Of a stretch of 64,000 nucleotides of DNA, positions 17,531-25,740 are shown one piece after another. Position 1 is the stretch's first letter. Each line of letters begins with the position of its first letter. This stretch comes from Gemmatimonadota bacterium. GTDB lineage: Bacteria > Gemmatimonadota > Gemmatimonadetes > Gemmatimonadales > GWC2-71-9. The notes under the pieces are model-generated. The model worked only from the letters and a program-made list of their open reading frames with translations, had not been told where the DNA came from and ran no database searches. The DNA lies in NCBI GenBank assembly GCA_031382385.1, contig JANMYS010000061.1, positions 2,403 to 66,402 of the forward strand, given 5' to 3'. The position numbers were made by a program, and so were the translations under genes.

Positions 17531-17829
17531 TTCCGCGTCCACCGCTCCGCATCCCGTCGTTCGACCTTGTCCATCATTCTGTCAAACGCCGCCTGCAGGT
17601 CGATTCCCTCCCGATTGGCCATGCAGATCAGGACAAAAAGGATATCGGCCATCTCCATGGCCATGTCCCCGTCGGCTTCTTCCTTCTTCTTGGTCTTCTG
17701 GCCGAAGCGGTGATTCACCTCCCGGGCCAGCTCGCCGACTTCCTCGGTGAGCCGGCAGAGATTGGTCAGCGGGTGGAAGTAGCCCTCCTCGAACTGGCTG
17801 ATCCACCGGTCGACGCGGGCCTGATGCTG
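17521..17829 (-). CDS. MazG-like nucleotide pyrophosphohydrolase (YpjD-type); 5' boundary undefined
   Basis: The track ORF 17521..17718 starts at GTG. The same frame upstream reads HQARVDRWISQFEEGYFHPLTNLCRLTEEVGELARE, which contains the EExxE metal motif and resembles B. subtilis YpjD. No ATG/GTG/TTG occurs between this and the upstream TAG. Confidence 0.7.
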   Translation of the reverse strand, partial: QHQARVDRWISQFEEGYFHPLTNLCRLTEEVGELAREVNHRFGQKTKKKEEADGDMAMEMADILFVLICMANREGIDLQAAFDRMMDKVERRDAERWTRKQE

Positions 17830-17859
17830 GGAGTGGGGATTGGGGGGTGGTGGGCGAAG

Positions 17860-17947
17860 GGGGAACGGGGAACGGGGAACGGGGAACCGGGAACCGGGAA
17901 CAGATGAATGATGTATGCTGACGGCTGACAGCTAACGGCTGACGGCC
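17860..17947. repeat. (GGGGAAC)x4 (CGGGAAC)x2 array plus ACGGCTG-type array
   Basis: Read directly. The second array overlaps the last codons and stop of the ABC transporter gene. Confidence 0.95.
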
Positions 17948-19707
17948 ATCTCTTCGTCCGGCTCCGGCTCACCCTCGCCGATCTGCTGCCGCCACATGGC
18001 GTAGTAGAGCCCTTTCCGTTCCAGCAGGTCCTGATGCTGGCCTCGCTCCACGACGCGGCCCCGTTCCAGCACAATGATCCGGTCGGCATGCATCACGGTC
18101 GACAGCCGGTGCGCGATGAGAATGGCGATATGGCCGCCGTTGGCCGAGACGTCGCGGATGGTCTGGCTGACCTCATCCTCGGTGAGCGAGTCCAGGCTCG
18201 ACGTGGCCTCATCGAAGATCAGGAGGGCCGGGTGCCGCAGCAGCGCTCGCGCGATCGACAGCCGCTGTTTCTCGCCGCCGGACACCTTGACGCCGCCTTC
18301 GCCGATCACCGTATCCAGTCCCTTGTCGGCGCGTGACAGCAGGCTCTGGCACGCCGCCTTCTGCAGCACGTCAAGGCACTCGGCGTCGCTCGCCGTCGGG
18401 TTGACGAACAGCAGGTTTTCCCGAATCGTGCCGGCAAAGAGCTGAGTGTCCTGAGTCACAAGCCCGATGCGGGCGCGGAACTGGTCGAAGTCGATCCTGT
18501 CGCCCGGATGGCCGTTATACAGTACCTCGCCTGCGCGCGGCCGGTACAGCCCGACGAGCAGCTTGACCAGCGTCGTCTTCCCCGACCCGGACGGACCCAC
18601 GAAGGCGATCGTCTCGCCCCGGCGCACGTGAAAACTGATGCCGGTCAGCGCGTCGGTGGTGGCCGACTGATGGCGGAACCCGACCGACTTGAACTCGAGC
18701 GTCTCGATGCTCTCCAGCGGTACCGGTGCGGGTGGCTTCACCTCGCGCGGGATCTCGAGGATGGCGGCGAAGTTCTGCAGCGACACCTCGGTCTCGCGGT
18801 AGATGTTGATGACGTTGCCGAGCTCCTGCAGCGGCCCGAAGATGAAGAATGAATAGATGAACAGAGAGAAGAACTGGCCGAAGGTGATCTCGCCGGCGTA
18901 GATCAGGTACAGCATGACGAACAGTATCGTCGTCCGCAGGAAGTTGACTGCGGTGCCCTGGATGAAACTCAGGCTGCGGATGTACTTCACCTTCTTCAGT
19001 TCCAGCTTGAGGATCTTCCCCGTCGTGGCGTTGAGCCGGGCGATTTCCTGGCCCGAGAGCCCCAGGCTCTTCACCAGTTCGATATTCCTGAGCGACTCGG
19101 TGGTGGCCCCGGCCAGCGCGGTGGTCTCTGCCACGATCACCTTCTGGACCGTCTTGATCTTCCGGCTCAGCACCGAGCTGATGTATCCGATGATGGGGAT
19201 GGTCGCGAAGTAGATCGGTGCGATGATCCAGTGCACGCTGATGGCGTAGACCGTCACGAAGATGATGCCGACCAGCGTGGTGAACAGGATGCCAATGAAC
19301 GCGGCGATCAGCTTCTCGACATCCGACCGGACCTTCTGCAGCGTGCCGAGCGTCTGGCCGCTGCGCTGATCCTCGAAGACCTGGTAGGGCAGCTCGAGCG
19401 AGTGCTGCAGCCCGTCGGAATAGATCTGCGCCCCCACCTTCTGGGTGATGACGTTGACGAAATAATCCTGGAAGTTCTTGGCGACACGCGAGACAAAGGC
19501 GACACCCACCGCCATGCTCAGCAGCAGGGCCACGCCGCGGAAGAATTCCGGTCGGGTGTAGTCCTTCGGGTGGCTGGCGTAGTTGTCGATGACATGGCGG
19601 AAGATCAGCGGGTCCAGCAGCGAGAAGATCTGGTTGATGGCCGCGAGCACCAGCGCAAGCAGGACGAGATTTCGGTGGCGCGAGAGATAGCCGAAAAGAA
19701 TGCGCAT
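17932..19707 (-). CDS. ABC transporter, fused permease/ATP-binding (MsbA/multidrug exporter type)
   Basis: Six-TM N-terminal half, Walker A GPSGSGKTT, signature VSGGEKQR and Walker B LLIFDEATS. Confidence 0.9.
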   Translation of the reverse strand: MRILFGYLSRHRNLVLLALVLAAINQIFSLLDPLIFRHVIDNYASHPKDYTRPEFFRGVALLLSMAVGVAFVSRVAKNFQDYFVNVITQKVGAQIYSDGLQHSLELPYQVFEDQRSGQTLGTLQKVRSDVEKLIAAFIGILFTTLVGIIFVTVYAISVHWIIAPIYFATIPIIGYISSVLSRKIKTVQKVIVAETTALAGATTESLRNIELVKSLGLSGQEIARLNATTGKILKLELKKVKYIRSLSFIQGTAVNFLRTTILFVMLYLIYAGEITFGQFFSLFIYSFFIFGPLQELGNVINIYRETEVSLQNFAAILEIPREVKPPAPVPLESIETLEFKSVGFRHQSATTDALTGISFHVRRGETIAFVGPSGSGKTTLVKLLVGLYRPRAGEVLYNGHPGDRIDFDQFRARIGLVTQDTQLFAGTIRENLLFVNPTASDAECLDVLQKAACQSLLSRADKGLDTVIGEGGVKVSGGEKQRLSIARALLRHPALLIFDEATSSLDSLTEDEVSQTIRDVSANGGHIAILIAHRLSTVMHADRIIVLERGRVVERGQHQDLLERKGLYYAMWRQQIGEGEPEPDEEMAVSR

Positions 19708-19710
19708 GGT

Positions 19711-20247
19711 TCAGTCGCGGGAGGGACGGGAGCGCAGTGCCGCGAGCAGCGCCTGCATGAAGGGGCCGAGATCGGCGGGAGTACGGGAGGAAATCAGGTT
19801 GCCGTCCACCACGACCGGCGCATCCACCCACGCCATTCCCGCATTGATCAGGTCGTCCCGGATGGCGCCGACACTGGTGCCGCGCTTCCCCTGCACGATC
19901 CCCGCGGAAATCGGGACCCAGCCGGCGTGGCAGATGAAGGCGACCGGCTTGCCGGCGGCAAAGATCTCCCGCGTGAGCGCGAGCACCTTGGCATAGCGCC
20001 GCAGCACATCCGGCGCGTACCCGCCGGGAATCACCAGTCCGTCGAAGTCGGCGGCGTTCACCTCATCGACGTGCGCGTCCACCGTCACGGGGTACGAGCC
20101 GCTCTTGCCGTAGTAGACCTTCTCGCCGACCCCCGCCACGACGGTGGCACAGCCCTCTTCCTCCAGCCGGATCTTGGGATACCAGAGCTCCAGCTCCTCG
20201 TAGTACTTGGCCGCGAAGATCAGGACCCGCTTCCCGGAGAGCGTCAT
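19711..20247 (-). CDS. DJ-1/PfpI family protein
   Basis: 178 aa with DGLVIPGG and the nucleophile elbow AFICHAG. Confidence 0.85.
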   Translation of the reverse strand: MTLSGKRVLIFAAKYYEELELWYPKIRLEEEGCATVVAGVGEKVYYGKSGSYPVTVDAHVDEVNAADFDGLVIPGGYAPDVLRRYAKVLALTREIFAAGKPVAFICHAGWVPISAGIVQGKRGTSVGAIRDDLINAGMAWVDAPVVVDGNLISSRTPADLGPFMQALLAALRSRPSRD

Positions 20248-21041
20248 CGGTTCCCCCGTCCTTCCTGGATCCGTCGCGCGATGGCCGTGGGGATCGACCT
20301 CGGCACCAGCCTCCCGGAGAACACCAGCAGCTTGTTGAGAAATCCCGGGACCACGACCGTGCTGCCCCGCATCATCCCCTGATATCCCGCCTCCGCCACC
20401 GGCTCAACCGGCATCATGAACGGCCCCGTCATCGGGATGTTCTGCGGCAGGTTGGCCACCTCGAAGAACTTCGTGCTGGTCGGCCCGGGGCAGAGCGCCG
20501 TCACCGTGATTCCGGTGCCCTTGAATTCATTGCTGAGGGCCTCGGAAAACGAAAGCACGAACGCCTTGCTGGCATAGTACGTCGCCATCAGCGGTCCGGG
20601 CTGGAAGGCTGCGGTCGACGCGACATTGAGAATCCGTCCCTTCCGCTGGCTGACCATCCGGGGCAGGACCAGCCGGGTGAGAATCATCAGGGCGACGATG
20701 TTGACCTGGACCATGGCGAGCTGTTTCTCGAGGTCGGCCCGGCCGAACAGCCCCCAGTCGCCGAAGCCGGCGTTATTGATCAGCGCGTCAACTCCGAGGC
20801 CGCGGCGTTCCACCTCTTCGAGAATCGCCTGCGGCGCCTCCGGATCTTCCAGGTCCGCGACGATGACCTCGGTGCGCACGTTGTACATCCCGCCGAGGTA
20901 TTTGGCCAGCTCTTCGAGCTTGGGGGCGTTGCGGGCGACGAGAATCACATCGTGCCCGCCCCGGGCGCAGAGCCGGGCCAGTTCGAGACCGATGCCACCG
21001 GAGGCGCCGGTGATGAGGGCGACGGGTCGAGGGTTGGGCAT
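20244..21041 (-). CDS. SDR family oxidoreductase
   Basis: Started at MPNPRPVALITGASGGIG (TGxxxGxG). It also has NNAG and YxxxK (YYASKAF). The upstream part of the track ORF covers repeat DNA. Confidence 0.85.
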   Translation of the reverse strand: MPNPRPVALITGASGGIGLELARLCARGGHDVILVARNAPKLEELAKYLGGMYNVRTEVIVADLEDPEAPQAILEEVERRGLGVDALINNAGFGDWGLFGRADLEKQLAMVQVNIVALMILTRLVLPRMVSQRKGRILNVASTAAFQPGPLMATYYASKAFVLSFSEALSNEFKGTGITVTALCPGPTSTKFFEVANLPQNIPMTGPFMMPVEPVAEAGYQGMMRGSTVVVPGFLNKLLVFSGRLVPRSIPTAIARRIQEGRGNR

Positions 21042-21048
21042 GGAGGCC

Positions 21049-21133
21049 TTTGGCCGTTGGCCGTTAGCCATTGGCGGTAGCGGTGAACGCGAGCATGCTG
21101 CAGCCGCATCGGGCCTTGAGCCAACGGCCAATG
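21049..21133. repeat. TTGGCCGTTGGCCGTTAGCCATTGGCGG and inverted GCCAACGGCCAA
   Basis: 12-nt inverted repeat about 57 nt apart, between the SDR start and the S58 peptidase stop. Confidence 0.85.
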
Positions 21134-21140
21134 TCCCCAC

Positions 21141-22358
21141 TCATGGAATCCTCCCCGCCTTCCGCAGCAGCGCCACCACCTGGTCCGTCGGCAGCGCCGA
21201 TACCCGGTAGCCGTCGGCGCCGGTCATCGTCTCGGCGGCGAACATGGCGTTGGTGATCGCCTCTTCGGTGGCGTCGATCGTCGCCTCGAACAGCCCGTTG
21301 ATCCGGTCATTCGGCCACATCCGGACGGTCACCGCCGAGTCGGGATTGGAGGCCCCCGCATTCGCGGTCGAGAAGGCGAGGTAGATATCGCCGGAACTGT
21401 CCCCGCCGATCCCGCCCATCCGTCCGATGCCGAGTCCCACCCGCTTGGCCAGTCGCTTGAGCTGGTGCGGAAGGAGTGGCGCGTCGGTGGCCACGACCAC
21501 GATGATGGAGCCGAGTTCCTCCCGGGCCGCGGTCGGCAGCATCCCCGAGGGTGCGGCGTCACAGCGCGGCAGCTGCCGGGCCCATGGTTCCGATGGGTTG
21601 GCCACGCCGACGCACTGCTCGGCGCCCTGAATCTGCGGCCCGACTGGAACCCCCGCGATGCTGAGCCGGCGCCGGCCGCCGTAGTTGCACTGCACCAGCA
21701 CGCCCACCGTGTAGCCGCCGGCATCGACGCCAAGCCGGCGCGACGCCGTGCCGATCCCCCCCTTGAACGAGTGGCAGACCATGCCGGTGCCTCCGCCCAC
21801 GTTGCCCTCTGCGACCGGTCCGGTCTTCGCGTCATCCAGCGCCCGGAAGGCGTCTTCCTTCCGGATGTGCATCCCCTTGATGTCGTTCAGGCCGCCGTCG
21901 TAGGTCTCCGCCACAACCGGGAGAGCCCAGAGAAAGTCGTCGTAGTTCCGCTTGATCGCCCATTCGATGACGGCATCGCGCACCACCCCGACACTCAGGG
22001 TATTGGTGATCATCACCGGGCCCCAGAGGAAGCCCGATTCCTCCAGCCAGGTGGTGCCGGTCATCTCGCCGTTGCCGTTGAGGGTCCACCACGCCGCCAT
22101 CACCGGATCGCTGGACTTCCCCCGCGGCAGGACCGCCGTCACTCCAGTCCGCACCGGGCCCTTGCCCACCACCAGCCTGCCCGCACCGCTGATGAGCGTC
22201 ACATGGCCCACCTCGACTCCGGCCACATCGGTGATGGCGTTGAGCGGGCCGGGGGTGCCATTGAACGGGATGCCGAGCGCCCGGGCGCGCGGCTTCTGCT
22301 GGGCAGAGGCGGCGGTCGCAAGCAGGGCCAGCAACGACAGGGCGAGAATCGGGCGCAT
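21141..22358 (-). CDS. secreted DmpA/S58 (P1) family aminopeptidase
   Basis: Signal peptide MRPILALSLLALLATAASAQ. DmpA-like blocks ITDVAGVEVGH and GGGTGMVCHSFKGGIGTASR. Confidence 0.8.
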   Translation of the reverse strand: MRPILALSLLALLATAASAQQKPRARALGIPFNGTPGPLNAITDVAGVEVGHVTLISGAGRLVVGKGPVRTGVTAVLPRGKSSDPVMAAWWTLNGNGEMTGTTWLEESGFLWGPVMITNTLSVGVVRDAVIEWAIKRNYDDFLWALPVVAETYDGGLNDIKGMHIRKEDAFRALDDAKTGPVAEGNVGGGTGMVCHSFKGGIGTASRRLGVDAGGYTVGVLVQCNYGGRRRLSIAGVPVGPQIQGAEQCVGVANPSEPWARQLPRCDAAPSGMLPTAAREELGSIIVVVATDAPLLPHQLKRLAKRVGLGIGRMGGIGGDSSGDIYLAFSTANAGASNPDSAVTVRMWPNDRINGLFEATIDATEEAITNAMFAAETMTGADGYRVSALPTDQVVALLRKAGRIP

Positions 22359-22394
22359 GGTGGCAGGGGAAAGAGTGAGGCAGTAAGCTACTGT

Positions 22395-22545
22395 TATCAG
22401 CCGTCAGCCGTCAGCGGGGAGCAGTCAGCAGTCAGCATTCAGCGTTTAGCTTGCCGTCCGACCGTCCGACCGTCCGACCGTCCGACCGTCCGACCGCCTC
22501 GCGCCCAGCGCCACTTTTCACCTCCTACTCCCTGCTCCCTACTCC
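22395..22545. repeat. CAGCCGT/CAGCAGT array, (CCGTCCGA)x5 array, CCGCCTCGCGCCCAGCGCCAC box, CT-rich leader
   Basis: Read directly. It ends at ATG 22546. Confidence 0.95.
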
Positions 22546-22746
22546 ATGCGCCCTCGCGACCAGATCCTCAGCAATCTCGAAGTCACCTATCGCGAGCAGT
22601 TCGATCGCGCCAAGGGTGACCAGCAGACCCGGCGGATGGAAGAGCTGGACGCCGCCTATCAGCGGGACCAGCTCATGCTGGAAGTGCTGCTCGATGTCCG
22701 CGACCTCCTGGCCCTCCGGGTCACCCTTCCCCAGTCATCCCGCTGA
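22546..22746 (+). CDS. hypothetical small helical protein
   Basis: 66-aa ORF ending 2 nt before the amidohydrolase start. It is preceded by the conserved CT-rich leader box. No family recognised. Confidence 0.4.
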   Translation: MRPRDQILSNLEVTYREQFDRAKGDQQTRRMEELDAAYQRDQLMLEVLLDVRDLLALRVTLPQSSR

Positions 22747-22748
22747 CC

Positions 22749-24416
22749 ATGAACCGCATCCCGCTGCCCCTCGCCTGTCGCCTCTCGCTCCTGCTGCTTG
22801 CCTCGGCCTGCAGCCGCCCGACACCGGCCGATCTCGTGGTCTTCGGAAAGGTGTGGACCGGCGACTCGACCCACCCCTACGCCCAGGCGGTCGCCACACG
22901 CGGTGACACGATCATCGCGGTGGGCGACAGCGCCACGGTGGCGCGACTGATCGGGGACAGCACCCGCGTGCTGCAGAACGGCCCGGCACTGATCACGCCG
23001 GGCTTCCTGGACGCCCACGTCCACTTCCTCAGTGGCGGCTTCCAGCTCGCCAGCGTGGATCTGCGGGACGCCAACTCGCCGGCGGAGTTCATCGGCCGGC
23101 TCAAGGCGTTCGCCGCCGAGCGGCAGCCGGGGGAGTGGATCCTGGGGGGCGACTGGGATCATGAGCGCTGGCCCGGCACACCGCTGCCCCGGCGCGAATG
23201 GCTCGATTCGGTGACGCCGCGCAATCCGGTCTTCGTCAGCCGGCTCGATGGCCACATGGGCGTCGCCAACTCGCTCGCGCTCCGGGCGGCGGGGATCACT
23301 CGGGCGACGGCGGATATCGCCGGTGGCACGATCGTCCGCGATCCTCGCACGAAGGAGCCGACTGGCGTGCTCAAGGACGAAGCGATGAACCCGGTTTACG
23401 GGGTCGTTCCCGAGCCGTCGGAAGCCCAGGTCGACGCAGCACTTGCCCGCGCGATGCAGTTCGCCGCGTCGAAGGGCGTGACGGCGATCGGCTCGGTGAG
23501 TGCGGAGTGGTCGCAGGTCGCCGGGCTCCGCCGGGCCCGGCAGGCCGGCGCGCTCACGCTCCGGGTGTCGCTCTATCCGGCGCTAGCACAATGGGCCCGT
23601 GTCGCCGATACCGTGAAGGCCCGCGGTCCCGGCGATGACTGGATTCGTCTTGCCGGAGTGAAGGGGTTCATCGACGGCTCGCTCGGCTCGACCACCGCCC
23701 TCTTCTTCGAGCCCTATGCCGACGACCCGACCACGTCGGGGTTGCTCACGACCCCGGAGGATTCGCTCCGCAGCCAGATCGGTCGGGCCGACTCCGCCGG
23801 GCTGCAGGTCGTGGTGCACGCCATCGGTGAGAAGGCCAACAGCCTGGTGCTCGACATCTTCGATAGCGTCGCGAAGGTGCATGGGCCGCGGGATCGCCGT
23901 TTCCGGATCGAGCATGCGCAACACCTGCGGCCGCAGGAGGTGCAGCGGATGGCGACCCAGGGTGTCCTCGCGTCAATGCAGCCCTACCACGTGATTGACG
24001 ACGGGCGCTGGGCTGGCAAGCGGCTCGGCAGCCGGGTGAGCGACAGCTACGTCTTCCGCTCCCTGCTGGACGCGAAGGCGCGCCTCGTCTTCGGCTCCGA
24101 CTGGACCGTGGCGCCGCTCGATCCCATCCTCGGCCTCTACGCTGCCGTCACCCGCCGTACGCTCGATGGCAAGAATCCCGGGGGCTGGCTCCCGGCGGAG
24201 AAGATTTCGCTCGATGACGCGCTCCGGGCATACACCGTGACCAACGCCTACGGCGTCTTCGCCGAAACGACCCGCGGCATTCTCAAGCCGGGCTACCGCG
24301 CCGATCTCGTGCTGCTGGATCAGGATCTCTTCGGCATTCCGCCGGAGGCGATCGAGACGGCGCGCATCCGGGCGACAGTGGCGGGGGGCCGGGTGGTCTA
24401 CCAGGCCGATCAGTAG
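22749..24416 (+). CDS. amidohydrolase-3 family metal-dependent hydrolase, lipoprotein-like
   Basis: Signal/lipobox LLLLASAC, metal motif PGFLDAHVHF, and HAIGE / EHAQH blocks. Confidence 0.85.
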   Translation: MNRIPLPLACRLSLLLLASACSRPTPADLVVFGKVWTGDSTHPYAQAVATRGDTIIAVGDSATVARLIGDSTRVLQNGPALITPGFLDAHVHFLSGGFQLASVDLRDANSPAEFIGRLKAFAAERQPGEWILGGDWDHERWPGTPLPRREWLDSVTPRNPVFVSRLDGHMGVANSLALRAAGITRATADIAGGTIVRDPRTKEPTGVLKDEAMNPVYGVVPEPSEAQVDAALARAMQFAASKGVTAIGSVSAEWSQVAGLRRARQAGALTLRVSLYPALAQWARVADTVKARGPGDDWIRLAGVKGFIDGSLGSTTALFFEPYADDPTTSGLLTTPEDSLRSQIGRADSAGLQVVVHAIGEKANSLVLDIFDSVAKVHGPRDRRFRIEHAQHLRPQEVQRMATQGVLASMQPYHVIDDGRWAGKRLGSRVSDSYVFRSLLDAKARLVFGSDWTVAPLDPILGLYAAVTRRTLDGKNPGGWLPAEKISLDDALRAYTVTNAYGVFAETTRGILKPGYRADLVLLDQDLFGIPPEAIETARIRATVAGGRVVYQADQ

Positions 24417-24505
24417 GCCCGGGAGGGACGCCGAGCCGCCCTGCTGGCGGAACGGGTGGTTTGCAGGCATGTTCGGCGGAGCAATCCCCTTCACGCCGGC
24501 CAGCC

Positions 24506-25711
24506 ATGCGATCCTGCCTCTGGGCTCTCGGCCTGCTCCTGATCGCTGAGTCGGCCGCCGCCCAGCAGCCGGGGACACGCACGCCCGGCATTTCCGAGCT
24601 GGAGGCGCAGGCACGAGCCGACTCCAACGACGCCACCGTCCACTACGCCCTTGCGATGGCGTACTGGGACAAGAAGAAGTGGGACGCCGCCGACCGCGCC
24701 CTGCACCAGGCTATTCAGCTCGCCCCCAACTACGCCGACGCCTGGCTCGCCCTCTCGGAACTCCCCTGGCGCCGGGGCGAGGGCTACTGGAAAGCGCTCA
24801 AGCAGAGCGCCGGGGACAGCGCCGTCGTCGCGAGGCTATACGAGAGCGACACCCGCTACCGCCGCGCCTTCCTGCTGAACCCCCTCGTCGAGCTTGGCAT
24901 TCTTGGCAAGTTCAAGGGACCTCGCGGCGAGGGGATCATCCGCACCGCCCGCGGACTGGTGTTTGTGATTCAGCCGTGGTGGACCGGGGACCTCGCGCGG
25001 GCCATCAACGACTTCCGCGAGGCGAAGTACGACGAGGCCTATGCGCGCATTCACAAGGTGGCCACGGACCCGCGCTCCGGCGGCGCCATCGAGAATGCCG
25101 CAACGCCGGTGCTCTGGTATCACGGGCTGGCCGCGGCGCACCTGGGCAGGTTCGACGAGGCGGTGCAGAATTTTGCGGTGCTGACCCGGCGCGCCATCGT
25201 TGAGGAGGAGGATACAACCCGTACGAGCCGCGACCTCCCGCTCAGCAGCAACCAGTACCGCTATATCCTCGCCACCTTTCTCTACCTCGGCGGCTATTAC
25301 GACGCGGCCATCCCCACCTTCCGTCGCGCGCTCGAATTTGATCTCAGTCTGTACATGGCCCACGTCCAGCTGGCCCGCATGTACGAACAGCGTGGCCAGA
25401 TCGAAGAGGCGCTCGCCGAGCGGCGGCTGGCGCTGGATGTCGACCAGGACAATTCCGACCTGGTGCTGGATCTGGCCGCAACGCTGGTGCGCTTCCAGCG
25501 TACCGCGGACGCGGTCGAGCCTCTCGCCGACGCCGCGCTGGCCAACCCGCGCGACGCCAGGATTCCGTACCTGCAGGGTGTCGTGGCGGTGGAGCTTCGC
25601 CAGGCGGATGCCGCACGCGAGGCCTTTTCCCGATTTCTGGCGATCGCGCCGAGCCGATTCGAGGCGCAGCGGGTCGAAGCGCGCGCCTGGCTCGCCGACT
25701 CCGTCCGGTAG
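24506..25711 (+). CDS. secreted TPR-repeat protein, paralog 1 of 3
   Basis: Start chosen at MRSCLWALGLLLIAESAAAQ (signal peptide). Shares RxDSNDA..HY.LA.AY, RRAFLL[DN]PLV, YMAHVQLARMYE and APSRFE blocks with the next two genes. Confidence 0.75.
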   Translation: MRSCLWALGLLLIAESAAAQQPGTRTPGISELEAQARADSNDATVHYALAMAYWDKKKWDAADRALHQAIQLAPNYADAWLALSELPWRRGEGYWKALKQSAGDSAVVARLYESDTRYRRAFLLNPLVELGILGKFKGPRGEGIIRTARGLVFVIQPWWTGDLARAINDFREAKYDEAYARIHKVATDPRSGGAIENAATPVLWYHGLAAAHLGRFDEAVQNFAVLTRRAIVEEEDTTRTSRDLPLSSNQYRYILATFLYLGGYYDAAIPTFRRALEFDLSLYMAHVQLARMYEQRGQIEEALAERRLALDVDQDNSDLVLDLAATLVRFQRTADAVEPLADAALANPRDARIPYLQGVVAVELRQADAAREAFSRFLAIAPSRFEAQRVEARAWLADSVR

Positions 25712-25740
25712 TACTACGCCAAACGACAGGGAGAAGCCTG

